A DNA stretch of 64,000 nt, taken from positions 178,188,001-178,252,000 of the forward strand of contig NC_091476.1 in NCBI RefSeq assembly GCF_036971445.1, given 5' to 3'. How positions within the stretch are numbered: the first letter of the stretch is position 1; every line of letters starts with the position of its first letter. Position numbers and translations under genes: made by a program. Under the pieces are notes generated by a model. The model did no database searches. It had not been told where the DNA came from and saw only the letters and a program-made list of their open reading frames with translations. Source of the stretch: Narcine bancroftii (Eukaryota). Shown in pieces: positions 25,871-38,879 of the stretch.

Positions 25871-26519
25871 ATTCTCTGTGTATAATTTTTTTTTTCACAT
25901 AGTTAATCCCCAGTATTCTCTCCCCCTGAAGGTGGTGGAGACCAGATCATTTGAAGTTCCTTCTACCAAACACCATCCAAACTTGGCAATATATCATAGT
26001 TCTTTCATTATAATTTGTGCAAGATTCTCAAACTCCGAGCATTTCTGTGAGAACATTTTTACCTACACTGGTCAGAGGTGTCTCAAGAATAAATAAGGAT
26101 GGGCAATAAATGCTGCCTTTGGCTGCAACATCACATTCCATAACCAACCAAAGTTCACCTGAAAGGAGCCATCGAGCTGCTGATGCCAGTCAGTCAGAGG
26201 GGAGAAAATGATTCTACTGTGAGCCTTTGGAAGTTCACTGCCAAATGTTTTTGTACATTTGTGAAACCAGGCTGTACTTTCACAGTATTGAACATTCTAC
26301 TTTTCTTGGGAAGCAACTGGTTGCATTGCCCATAGTCCATTGGTGAATTAAACTCGCTCTGCGGAGCCAAATCGACGGTTATGATAGTTGATGAAATGAA
26401 TGTATGTTTTCAATGGTGATGTTGGGAAGAAAATGTAAGGAAAAGTCATGGCTGGAGTGCACAGTATAGAAGTGTGAGAAATAACATGAAGGCTGACTAG
26501 AGTGTTGTGTTCTGTTTGA

Positions 26520-26669
<150 letters not shown>

Positions 26670-26739
26670 TAAAAAAAAGTTTGGAATTATTTTTTTTACT
26701 TCCTCTTTTTAAACGGTTCGCTTTATTTCCATAGGTTAG

Positions 26740-27910
26740 AATCAGAGACTCATTCCACTCAAAGAAGGGCTTTTTTGGCCCACCCCGTCCATGCTCACTG
26801 TGATACCCTAATTACATTTGCCTAAATTAGGCTTCTATTACTTGATGCGTTTCCTATCTAATTACTTGCCCTGATACCTTTAAGCATTCTAAATGTATCT
26901 GAATTGCACCTCCTCACAGTTCTTTCTGGATATTCACCATCCTCTATATAGAAAAACTGGCCCCTTCTGCTCCTTTACAATTTCTCCCTTCTCACATCAA
27001 ATCTTGAACCTCTAGCTCTTGACTCCCCAATTTGGGAAAAAGTCTGTAACTGCTTAACCTTTGTATACCCCTCAATCTTATAAACCTCCCTTCAGGAGGT
27101 CACCCTTCAGCCTCCAATGTTCCAGTGAGAATAAACACAGCCAGTCCTATCTTCCCTAATAACAACAGTTCTCCATTCTGATGAATCTCTTTCTACTGCT
27201 ACTACATCCTTCCTGTAATGTGGCAACCAGAACTGTGCACAATACTCTGTGTGGTCAGACAATGTTTTGTACAGCTGCCACATGATCTCCTACCTTTCAT
27301 ACGGTGCCTCAGCCTCTGAAGGCAGGCTCACTGAAAGCCTTCTTTACCACCCATATTTGTAACCACTTTTGGGAAACAATGAGCTTGCAACCAAGGTCCC
27401 TCTTTTCATTGGATCCTAGGATCCCTGCCAATTGCTCTATGTCATTGGTGCTCAACCTTTTTTTTCTCCTCTCACATACCACTTTAAGTAATCCCTTACT
27501 AACCACAGAACACCTATGGCGTAGGTGCTGTGTGGTTAGTAAAGGATAACTTAAGGTGATATGTAGGTGGAAAAAAATTGGAGAATTACTGCTCTATGTG
27601 TCCTACCAGAAATTTATCTTCCAAAATGCATTATTTCACACTTGTTTGAATTGAATTTCATTTTTAACCACTTCATCCATTTTCTATACCCTGCTGTATC
27701 CTTAGACAACCACTTTGCTATCTACTACTTCAAGTTTTGTGTTGTCTTCAGGCATATTAATTCGACCACCTACAACTCATCTAACAACAGCAAAAAAACA
27801 GTATCAATTCTATGGTAAATCATTTGTGACAGTCTTACTGTCAGAGAGACACTCATCCATCACTTCCCTCTGCTTGCCACCAAGCTTGGATCCATTTTGC
27901 CAATATACCT
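26740..27910 (-). mobile_element. Degraded CR1 3' fragment
   Basis: tggcaaccagaactgtgcacaatactc (reverse of YCAQFW) and CR1 3' end motifs. Confidence 0.7.
27443..27591. mobile_element. hAT-type MITE nested in CR1
   Basis: Perfect 8-bp TSD ctctatgt at 27435-27442 and 27592-27599; degenerate TIRs cattggtgctcaacc / ttggagaattactg. Confidence 0.8.
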
Positions 27911-28392
27911 CAGAACCCTTGATCTTAAAAACAACAAATGCTGGAAAGACTCAACCAGTTAGGCAACATCTGTGGTAAGAGATAAATACCTGTAATTAAT
28001 GTTTCAAGTCAAAGGACCTTGACTTTCATGAATGATGTATTTAACTGGATACCTGACCCAGGTTGTTGAAGAAAGGATTGAAAGCTCTCAAAACAAATCT
28101 AAAAGCAACTATGGAATTAAGAAACAACCTGGGTTTCTTTCAGCTTGTCGGGCATTATCAGCACTGAGTTATTGTTTGATAATCATCAACCTGCGGGAGT
28201 GAAGTATTTTGTCATTTGAGGCATGCGTTCTAGGTGTCAAGGACTTGTAGTTTACATGCTCACAGTACATCTTAAGCGTAGCTTCAAGTTATCAACTCTG
28301 ACATTGTGGTACTTTGCCTCACTTGACTCACTGCAAAAGTCCAAACCAAAGGCCAGAATTGTGTATTGGGTCCATTAAACTGTATACTATGA

Positions 28393-28632
<240 letters not shown>

Positions 28633-28839
28633 TAATTTAGGTCAAATACAAAGTCTAGTTAAATGATGCTGTGTGAGTGACTGAGAAGGGAGAAGAACTC
28701 CAAAACTAAACCTGTTGTGCTTTCAATAATTCAGAAATTATATTTCACTCCATTCAGATTTGCCAGAATACATACATGAGATTACATACAATGCTGAGAT
28801 TGTTATTTTGTGAGGCCTTAGGAAGGGGTAATCACTTCA

Positions 28840-30560
28840 ATGGGATTGTACTATAGTTCCCCCAAAAATTAATGGGTATGAGAAGTACAAATCTGCAAGG
28901 AAATCACGATATAGGAATAATTGGATTGTAATAGGAAGTGATTTTAACTTCCCTAATATTGACTGGAACTGCCTTAGTTTTAAGGAATTGGAATGGGCAG
29001 AATTTGTTGTGTGTCCAGGAAGGTTTTCTGAAGCATTGTATAGATGGGACTATGAGAGAAGGGACAACTTTTGACCCCCTCTGAGGAAATGTTATCCAAC
29101 ATCTACTGTCCTACCCTACTCATCTTTGTCACATGCCCAAAAAACTCTCAAATTGGTAAGACGTAACCTGGTTCTCACAAAGCAATGTTGACTGACCCTA
29201 ATCTGACAATGAATTTTCAGATAGACATGAATCCTATCCAATTAGTTCCCTACCATTGATGTGAGGTTCTCTGGCCTATAATTTCTTGGTGTATCCTTTT
29301 TCCCCTTCTAGAACAATGTTGCAGTGATGATGAAATTATCTTTGTCAAGGCCCCAGAAATCTTTTCATATGCCTATTTCAATAACTGGATATATAGCCCA
29401 TCAGCCCCAAGGGACTTGTTCATCTTGACCCCTCACAAAAGGCCCAATGCTACCTCTTTCTTGATCTCAGAACGCCTGACACGTGAGCATTCTCCACATT
29501 ATGTTCCCTTTCACTTTCTTTTTCCTTCTCCATGGTAAATATAGATGCAAAGTACTAATTTAGTACCTCACCCACTTCTTTTGACTCCAAGCATAATTCC
29601 CTCTGTTATCCTTGAGTGGTCCTATCTTCTCTCTAAGCATCCTCATGTTTTTAATATAAATGTTTCTTGGGATTTTCTTTCATCCCATTCGCCAAGGACA
29701 TTTCATGGCTCCTTTTAGCTTTCCTAATGCCCTGTTTGAGCTCTTTCTTACAATCTTTATAGTCCTCCAGGTCCCTGTCTGATTGCTTCCTTTTTTTTAA
29801 CTAAGTTCATGTCTTCTCTCATCATCCCGATTCTCTTGTCTTGCCTTCCTTAACCATCCTTCATATTAGAACATGTTGGTCCTGGACTTCAATTAGTTGT
29901 TCTGAAGCAAATGCCACATGAAAGTTGTGAGCTTACCCTATAATATCTGTTCACAGTTCCTGTTTAATCATGTCATAACATGCCCTCCCCCAATTTAGTA
30001 CTGACAGCCCAAGGCTTATCCTTGTCCATAACTGTCTAGGAAGTTCAAGAAGAGTGATTGTTATTCCCAAAATGTTTTCCCACTGAAACTCTGATCACCT
30101 GGCCAGGCTCATTTGCCAATACAAGGTGTAGTATTCAAACACCACCACCCCCACCCCCAACTTCCTGGTTGGGCCACCTTTATGCTGCTTTAAGAAATTC
30201 TCCTGAAAGCTCTTAACAAATACTGCCTTATCTAAGACTGTCACACTAAGGATGTTCCAGTCATTATGGGGAAATTAAAATCTGCTATAACAACACTTGC
30301 TTTTGCAACTTTCCATCATCTGTGGGAATAGCTAAAGTACTCTTACTTAATAAGGGTAGCAGGGATAAGCTAGGAACTCCAGGCCAGTAAAACTTACAAC
30401 TGTGGTGGGAAAGTTATGGAAAGGATTCTGGGAAATAAAATTTATGTACATTTGGAAAGACAAGGACTGATTAGGAATACTCAGCATGGGAAATCATATT
30501 TCACGTGTTTGATGGAGTATCTTGAGGAGGTGACCAAGAAAAATTATGGGGGCAGGACAA
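28840..30560. mobile_element. Rearranged CR1 ORF2 fragments in alternating orientation
   Basis: Plus-strand endonuclease piece (gattttaacttccctaatattgactgg), minus-strand piece ~29090-30320, plus-strand RT piece ~30320-30560. Confidence 0.6.
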
Positions 30561-31149
30561 TGCCCCTTTCACACTGGCACCTTATCCTAGTAATTACTGG
30601 GCAATATACCAGTTAAAGGGCCAGTGTGAACGCTTGCAAATCGCACACAGGCGTCGTGGACCACCTAGGTCGGGTTTATCATCCCAGGGTCATCTGACGC
30701 CTGCGTGCCGACTATCCAAATGTAAAAGGGACATGGACTATGCAGGGACAAAGTAGTGTCACATTGATGATGCCTTTGTGTGAGTTCAGGAATATGAAGA
30801 AAACAAAAGATTTAAAAAAAGGTATAAACTTTGTATTCAATTTACTAAATCCTGACAATAATGGCACATTTTATCCTCTGCTTCACAGCAAGGAAGGTTT
30901 ATTTGAAATATTATTCCCATTCCTCCTTCCCACATTGAGACAAACTCACTCTGCAAAGGAAGTTTTTTTAACAAAGGGACGATTTGAGTCACACTACCTC
31001 ACTGCCAGCTCACATGCCTTATCTCTGCAGGGACAAATTTAAAAGTTGCATTTGGCTGATAAGAATTCTTGATCAACACTTGACTTTTAATTGGGGCTCT
31101 GACGCCCTTGCATTAATCTGAAACTCCATAACGGCAATGATTTTGGAGA

Positions 31150-32350
31150 GGCCAATGCCAGGATGGTTTCCTTAAGGGAGAATTTTGATTAACAAACCTA
31201 CTGGAATTCCTCGAGGAAGTGTGTTTGAATTTTCAGAAGGCATTTGATGAGGAACTGCACATAAAGCTACGTAACAAGATAAGAGACCATGGAATAACAA
31301 GAAACATTCTAGCGTGGGTAGAGCATTGGTGGGAAGGAGAGAGTTGGAATACAGGGATCATATTCTGATTAGCTGCCAGTTGCTAGTGGTGTCCACAGGG
31401 ATTGGTATTGGGGCCACTTCTTTTTAGGTTGTATATGAATGATTTGGATTATGGAATGAATGGCTTTGTGGCCAAGTTTGCAGATGATATGAAGGGTGTT
31501 GGAGTAGCAGGTAGTGTAGAGGAAACAGAGGCTGCAGAAGTGGCACAGATGAGGAGAACGGGCAGAGAAGTGGCAAATGAAATATAATGTCAGAAAGAGT
31601 ACAGTCATGCACTTCGGTCGAATAAAATTAATGGGAAGAAAACTGTAAATAGGCAGACGCAAAGGGGCCTGGAAGTTCTCGTAAGGTAAACTTACATGTT
31701 GAGACAGTGATGAAGAGGACAAATGCAATGCTCATTCATATCAAGAGGAATAGAATATAAGAGCAGAGATGTTATATTGAAGCTTTATCAGGCACTGGTG
31801 AGACCTCACTTGGAGCATTGTGAGCAGTTTTAGGCTCCTCGTTTGTGAAAAAAGGTGTTGAAGTTGCATAGGGTTCAGAAAAGGTTCAGAAAGATGATTT
31901 CAGGAATAAAAGGCATCATATGATGAGCATTTCTCAGCCTCTGGCCTGGATTTATTGGAATTTAGGAGAATGAGAGGTGATCTCATTGAAACATTTCAAA
32001 TATTGAAAAGCGTGGACAGAGTAGATGTGGAAAGGTTGTTTCCCACGGTGGGAGAGTCTAGGACAAAAGGCAAAACTTCAGGATAGAAAGGCATTCACTT
32101 AAAACAGAAATGCATAGGAATTTCTTCACCCAGAGGGTGGTAAATCTGTGGAATTTGTTGCCACAGGCAGTTGTGGAGACCAGGCCATTGGGTGTATTTA
32201 AGCCAGAGATTGATGATTCTTGATTAGCCAGAGCATCGAAGGTTATTGGGAAAAGGCCGGGTAGTGGGATGGTATGGGAAAATGGATCAACTCCAAATTA
32301 AATGGTGGGCCAGTCGTGATGGGCTGAATAGCCTATATCTGCTCCTATAT
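31150..32350 (+). mobile_element. Degraded CR1 (RT to 3' end)
   Basis: VLGPLLF.LYMNDLD...KFADD; 3' UTR like the 10.2-10.9 kb copy. Confidence 0.85.
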
Positions 32351-32949
32351 CGTCTGTGTCTGTCGTGGCACGTCAAGCAGCATTACAACGTCTCTCATTA
32401 AAGTAAACCATACACAGAGTCCATACAGGAAACCAAAGAGTGCAGATGCTGGAGCAAAAAGCAAATTGCTGAAGGAATTCCATGGGTCAGGAAACATCAG
32501 TGGCATGGGGGACAGGGGGAAGGAATTGTGGACGTTTCACATGGTGACCCCCCAAAAGTCCTTCAGAGACCATATAAAGTGTTTTAAAGGTCAATACAAC
32601 ACTTGGATGTCTGAACTTCAAACTACTTGTTCTAGGGTTCATATGATCCATCATTGTTTACTTTATGAACCTAAACTTAATATTTTACCTAGAATATTTG
32701 AGAAACTGTAATGAATAATTTGTGCCCACATTCATTACCTAACTTCCATTAGAAGATCTCATTAACCTGTGGAGAAAGAAACCAGTTAAAAAGTATTTTG
32801 AATATGTCATAAAATTGGAACATCTAACCTAATGCTGGATTTGCTATTTTGCAAAGTATGTTGTAACTAAATGGAGTAAGTGGTGTGTGAGTAATAATTT
32901 CTAAGACTTTAATTATCCATAGCTACCTCTTTAATTATGAAGCATTCGT

Positions 32950-33870
32950 TCTGAATCAGAATTAGAATTTATTGTCATGAACAAGTCATGAAATTCAGTG
33001 TTTTACGGCAGCGTCTTAGTGCAAACATTCAGATTATAACCATCTTACAACATTACTATAAATTACAAAAAAAATTAAAATATTAGTGCATGAAAAGTAA
33101 GGCAGTGTCTTTGGTTCCATGGCAGCGGGGAAGAAGCTGTGCTTGTGTCACTGAGTGCTCCTGTACCTTTTTCCAGATGGTAGCAGAGTGAAGAGGTGTG
33201 GCCTGGGTGTTGGGGTCTTTGAAGGATAGAGGCTGCTTTTTAAAGACACCACCTCATGTAGGTGTCCTCAATGGAACGAAGTCTGGTGCCTGTGATGTTG
33301 CAGGCCGAGTTAACAACCCTCTGGAGTTTATTCTTGTCCTGAGAGTTAGCGCCTCCATACCAAGCAGTGATGCACTCAGCCAGAATGCTTTCTGTACAAT
33401 GCAGATGAAGACCCATGGAATTCTTCAACTTTCCAGTAGAAGAGTTTTTGGTGACATACCGAATCTCCCCAGACACCTCACAAAGTATGGCTGTTGGCGA
33501 ACCTACAGGACTCCATGACAGATCCTCAGAGATGTTGACACCCAGGAATTTGAAGTTCTTGACCTTCAATACTGAGCCCTGAATGAGGACTGGGTTGTGT
33601 TTGCCTGACTCCCTCCTGAAGTCCACTATCATCATCTTGGTTTTGCTGATGTTGAGTGCAACATTGTTGTCGTTACACCATTCAACGAGCTGATCTGTCT
33701 CTCTCCTATTACCTTCCTCATTGCCATTTGCGATTCTGCTGAGAACTGTGGTGTCATCAGCAAACTTGTAAATGGCGTTGGGATCGGGCCTGGTTACATA
33801 GCCGTGGGTGTGTGAGCAGAGCAGTGGGCTAAGCACGCATCCTTGGGGTACATCTGTATTGATAATCAGT
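32950..33870 (-). mobile_element. Rex1/Babar-type LINE, 3' fragment
   Basis: PQGCVLSPLL, YKFADDTTV, LNISKTK, FKFLGVNIS; tail tctgaatcagaattagaatttattg. Confidence 0.88.
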
Positions 33871-34636
33871 GCCCAATTCACACTGTGGGCGAGCGGTGAC
33901 CCTACTTGAACCTGATGAAATTCCTGGGAATGCAGGACCTCCCAGGCTTTCACACCGCAATCCAAATTCCTGGGAATTTGCCCTCCCTGGGGATTTAGGG
34001 AGGGTCCTGCACCCAACCGATGACATGTTACGCACTCACAGTTGTAAGAGCAAGTTCCCTCCCTGTCTATCGGTCAGTTGCCCACCTGATCACACACCCC
34101 CGCCTCTCCCCACTGGCTGTCGGTTGGTCAGGCCCCCCCCCCCCCCCCCCAACCTCTGTGCTTTGGGACTGCTTCGTCACGTCACAATGGCAGCACAATG
34201 TCAGATGAATGGCTGACTTTGTTTCCCATAATCCCTCATGCAGCTGGAACTGCTCTGGGAAATACAGAGTGGTTCCGGCTGTGTGAAGGATTATGCGTAA
34301 TGAGGATGGCCATTCATCCTGCGTTGTGCTGCCATCGTGACATCTCGAAGTGGCCCATTGTTGTCAGCAGGTATGAATCTTAATTTTAACTGCCTACATG
34401 ACGTAGCACGCAAGCACTGGCATCACGAGGTTTACCCTGCTTTGCCATTTGCCTTTTCACATCGCAGGGATAGGGTGGTCCAGGAAAATTACCCGGGTCT
34501 GTGGCCCTACCTATGAGGTAGGGCCGTGGATCCGTTTAAAATTCCCGGGCTGACCTTTTCACACCACAGGTTCATGGGAGGGTTCCTGGGAAATTTTCTC
34601 GGGTATCTTCATTGTACATTGCAATTTGAAAAGGCC
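33871..34636. mobile_element. PIF/Harbinger-type MITE, copy 1
   Basis: Degenerate TIRs (ttcacac / gaaaaggcc); reverse-complement homolog of 34869-35464. Confidence 0.65.
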
Positions 34637-34868
34637 TAATGAAAAACGTGGGTGTAGAAGGAAGTAGAGAGGGCTGATGATGGATTCATGAAAGAGCTCT
34701 AGCTCTTGCTTGATTATAAATTGTAGTTGATGTTGTAAGGCTCCTGGGATTCACAAGCTAGGGCCAGAATATTTCACACAAAGCTCAAAACATGATAGTG
34801 AATGGTTTTTCAAATGGATCTGTGTACCAGGCCAAAAAATTTGCTTCCTAAGATTATAATAACTACTA

Positions 34869-35464
34869 GGCCTTTTCACACCGCAGTGTAAAATAAAGGC
34901 TCCCGGGAAATTTTCCTGGGAACCCTCCTGTGAGCCTGTGGTGTGGAAAGGTTGGCCCAGGAATTTTAAAAGGGTCTGTGGCCCTAATTTTCCAGGACCA
35001 GACCCTCTCCCTGCGATGTGAAAAGGTAAATGGCCAAGCGGGGAAGCCTCGTGACATCAGTGCTTGCATGCTGCGTCACATGGACGATTAAAATTAAAAG
35101 ATTCATACCTCCTGATAGCAGCGGGCCGCTTTGGGACGTCACGATGGGAGCACAATGCAGGATGAATGGTCATCCTAATTAACCATAATCCCTCACACAG
35201 CTGGAACTACTCTGTATTTCTGGCAGGCAGGGGGAGGGAGAGGGAGGAAGTGGGTGGGCGAGGTCAGGGAAGGAACTTACTTTTACTCCTGTGATCAGTT
35301 GGGGGCTGGACCCCTTCCCCCTCCCTCCCCCCCCCCCAAATTGTTGGGGAGGGCAAATTCCTAGGAATTTGGACCACGATGTGAAAGGCCTAGGAAGTCC
35401 TGCATTCCCAGGAATTTCATCAGGTCCAAGTAGGGACACCGCTAGCCCGCGGTGTGAAAAGGCC
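34869..35464. mobile_element. PIF/Harbinger-type MITE, copy 2
   Basis: Perfect TIR ggccttttcacaccgc / gcggtgtgaaaaggcc. Confidence 0.75.
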
Positions 35465-35635
35465 TATTGTCTAATACTAGAGTACACATCAGCATGTACC
35501 TTCTCAATAGGAGTTAATACCCATCCCAGAGAAGCTGATCTTGAAAGTGACAACTCCATGTGCTAAGATCAGATGTCTCAGCATAAAACTGAAATGGTCT
35601 TGTCTGTAAATCTTGGTGCCATACTCAGCAGCTTA

Positions 35636-36177
35636 CTGTATATTTTGGCGTATAAGTCGAGTCATGAAACCCTAAAAATTTCTCAAAAAATGCAGGGTCG
35701 ACTTATACACTGGATATACTTTTTAGACCTTAAATTCACCGAATAAAAGCCAAATTGACGTTGATTCGGCATATAAGTCGATGCTGGAAGCATCTCCTCA
35801 TCGCTGTCTCCAACACTGCCCCACTGCTAGGTGCTGCCATAACCACTCTTAGTTGGGACCCTAAGGTCGCCGTCACCTTCCTGCCTAGTAGGCCGAGGTT
35901 TCTGCTACCGCTGGGAGCATGAATTCACTGTTCCACCTCCATGGGCTTTTTCTGCTGCTGCCCATCAGGTCAAGGTTTTTTTTTATTACTTAATTTACAG
36001 CTTTGTAACTTGCAATTGGGGTGTTTTAAAAAATTTTGGGTTGTTCCTGGGAGGCCCAGTCAGCCCAAAAAATGGGGGTCGACTTATACACCAGATAGAA
36101 TATAAAATCATTAAAATGAGGCTTAAAAAAAGGGGTATCAACCTATCTGCCGGTGACTTGTACGCTGAAATATACAG
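35636..36177. mobile_element. Tc1/mariner-superfamily (Tc2-like) MITE
   Basis: TA on both flanks; TIR ctgtatattttggcgtataagtc matches the reverse complement of gacttgtacgctgaaatatacag at 20/23; subterminal gtcgacttatac repeats. Confidence 0.8.
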
Positions 36178-36320
36178 TACTTATTGGAAGGCAATTAACA
36201 TTTCTATATTATTTAAAAGAAACTGTTGGACAAATGTTTGTTTGTAGGAACCTTGATCAATATGTGAGCCAGTTGTTGATGACCATAACATCAACTCATC
36301 AAGACTTTCTTACCTGCCAG

Positions 36321-36541
36321 ACTGTGAACACCTTATTCGACGCATGCTGGTCTTAGACCCTTCCAAAAGACTAACAATTGCCCAGATAAAGGAGCACAAA
36401 TGGATGCTGGCTGAAGTCCCAGTTCAGAGACCAGCTATATATCCACTACCCAGTGACAATGAAGTGAGCATGGGTGAATACAATGAGCAGGTTCTACGAC
36501 TTATGCACAGCCTTGGGATCGACCAACAGAAAACTGTTGAG
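36321..36541 (+). CDS. SIK2: SIK2 coding exon (exon 7 equivalent), end of kinase domain and start of UBA
   Basis: gccag|AC TGT...GTT GAG|gtaaaa; 221 nt; [29 protein letters not shown]...[19 protein letters not shown]. Confidence 0.96.
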
Positions 36542-37529
36542 GTAAAAGATGTAATATTTTACCTGAGCACATGCACTATTTATCAACACCATGAGTATTA
36601 GGCCTCCAATGCTTTGAATAACTGAACAACACAGCATATCATTTATTAGCTTGGCAAGAATGTAACATCTCAGAAGATTGCTCAATCAGGAGTTTGGATC
36701 CAGTAATTTAATTGATTTAAGGGAAAAGATGCAGGATGTTAAAAAGAGTGATCAGTTTCTCAATCTATATTTTCATTGATTGGCGAAGGTGGTTGAAGGG
36801 GGAAATTTTTGGCCTTTTGGGGAATGTTCAGGAAAAACCACACTGTGTCCTCAGTCAATAATTTATTTGAAGAATTGATGATTTAGTTTGTATTAACGGA
36901 TGGGGGTGGGGTCGTCTAGGTGTCTGGTTAGATCACAGATAATCCAGGGTCTCACTTGAATGGCCTTCTTCTGTTCTCATGAGGCAAGCATTTTATTTTC
37001 ATTTATATTTTAATTTTTATATTCATTTTGTAATTTTAGAGTTTTCTTTGCCACTGGAAACCTGCAGTGATCAGTAGGTTGTAGTTCCCACAGTGTCTGA
37101 AACACTAAGAGCCCCTTCTTATTTTCTTTTTTCTTTTGAAAATCCACCATCTATCAGATATCAACCACTCAGGAGTATGGTGACCAGAATCTTCCCTCCT
37201 TGTCTGGGAGTCTATGTCGCTTACTTCTAAGTTTCTAATTTTTATTTATTTTATTTTAGACATACACCACAGTATCAAGCCATTTTGGCCCACAAGTCCG
37301 TGCCACCCAATTTACACCCATTAACCTATACATTGTGAATGGTGGGTGGAAACATATAAGGCAAACTTAATCTCCACCCTGTCTTCCCACTCTCCTCCTG
37401 GGTTTCCATCTTGATCACCAAAGATGAGTAACTTCACATGCCTAGTGTCTAGAGTTCATGTCCTTTAACTTCAGATTTGGACATGCATCTTTATTCAGTC
37501 TTGTTGAGCATCATTTTGACTCCAAGCAG

Positions 37530-38340
37530 CCAGAGCAGTCAGACAAAACAAAGGAGAATGCTTCAGCAGTGGTTAGTGGGTCATGGAACAGCAGATGGAA
37601 TTGAACTCGAACAAGTGCAAGGTGTTGCACTTTGGGAGATTAAACCAAGGCAGGTCATCATAGAACTTTGTGAGTATTGTAGAACAAAGAGACTTGGGCA
37701 CAGGAACATAATTGCATGAAAGGGGCAACTCGGGTAGACAAGGTTGAGAAAAAGACATTTGGCACACTTTCATCATCCATCAGGGCATTGAGTACAGGAG
37801 CTGGGATGTCATGAGACGACTGTATAAGATGTTGGTAAGACCTCACTTGGAGTATTGTTTTGGTTTCCACGCAACAGGAAAGATGTAATTAAGCCAGAAA
37901 GGATGCAGAAAACATTTATGAGAACGGTGCTGGGACAGAAGGGCTTGAATTATGAGAGGCAGGATGGGCTGGGACCTTGGTTCCTGAAGCACAGAAGCTA
38001 AGTGGAGACCTATAGAGGTTTATAAAATCATAAGGAGGCATTGGTAGAATTAATCAATATAGTCTTTTTTCCAGGTTAGGGGACCCCAAAATTAGAGGGC
38101 ATAGATTTAAGGTTAGAGTGGAAAGAGTTAAAAGGGACCTGAAGGGCACCTTCTTCACACAAGAGGGCGGTGGGTATATAAAACAAGCTGCCAGTGGAAG
38201 TGGGGAAGGCAGATACAATTGTAGGTTGTAAGGGACATTCAGGCAGGAACGTGGGTAGGAACAGTTTCAGGGAGATGGTTCGAATGCAGGCCATTGGTTA
38301 GCCTGGCCATTGGGACATATATGTCTGTGCTAGAGATCAC
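37530..38340 (+). mobile_element. Degraded CR1 3' fragment
   Basis: tggcagatggaatt-like, ttggtaagacctcacttggagtattg and CR1 3' motifs. Confidence 0.75.
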
Positions 38341-38726
38341 TAAGACTAATTTAATCATGCCCTTTTCACTTTATTTTAAGTTATTGCGTCATTCATTCCA
38401 GCTGATACTTTGCTAGAGATTGGCCCATAATACTCAGGAAGGGAGAAAATCAACTGAACAACCTCTAATCAACACATAAAAAAGCAGAATTGTTCAGGGA
38501 ATAGAGAAACAGTCACAAATTACCCGAGGGGAAATGTAGTAAGGCATGAAGTACTGCCTTCCTGAACTCCCCTGTCAAAAACATCACATTTTCAGACACC
38601 ACTTTTGCCATTATATATTCTCTCTTGGAACCCTAATATGAAATAGATTGCAATATAAATGATTAATTCTTCCACTTTTTCTCCCGACTTTCATTTAAAT
38701 ATTTCCTTTCACTTTGTCAACCTCAG

Positions 38727-38879
38727 TCTTTACAGAACAAGAGCTATAACCATTTTGCTGCTATCTATTATCTCTTGGTGGAAAGACTGAAATCTCACAG
38801 AAGCAGTTTCCCTGTGGACCAGAGGTTGGATGCTCGTCAAAGGCGACCCAGCACAATTGCTGAGCAAACTGTCGCCAAG
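38727..38879 (+). CDS. SIK2: SIK2 coding exon (exon 8 equivalent), end of UBA and PKA sites
   Basis: ctcag|TCT TTA...GCC AAG|gtaatg; 153 nt; [51 protein letters not shown] with RSSF and RRPST (S343/S358-equivalent sites). Confidence 0.96.

Noticed and set aside
33240-34016. 258-aa novel RT fusion ORF
   Set aside because: Chance read-through from a MITE into a degraded Rex1-type RT.
38727-38735. Alternative acceptor tctttacag 9 nt inside the exon
   Set aside because: The SLQ residues are conserved with human SIK2, and nothing in the sequence supports use of the downstream AG.
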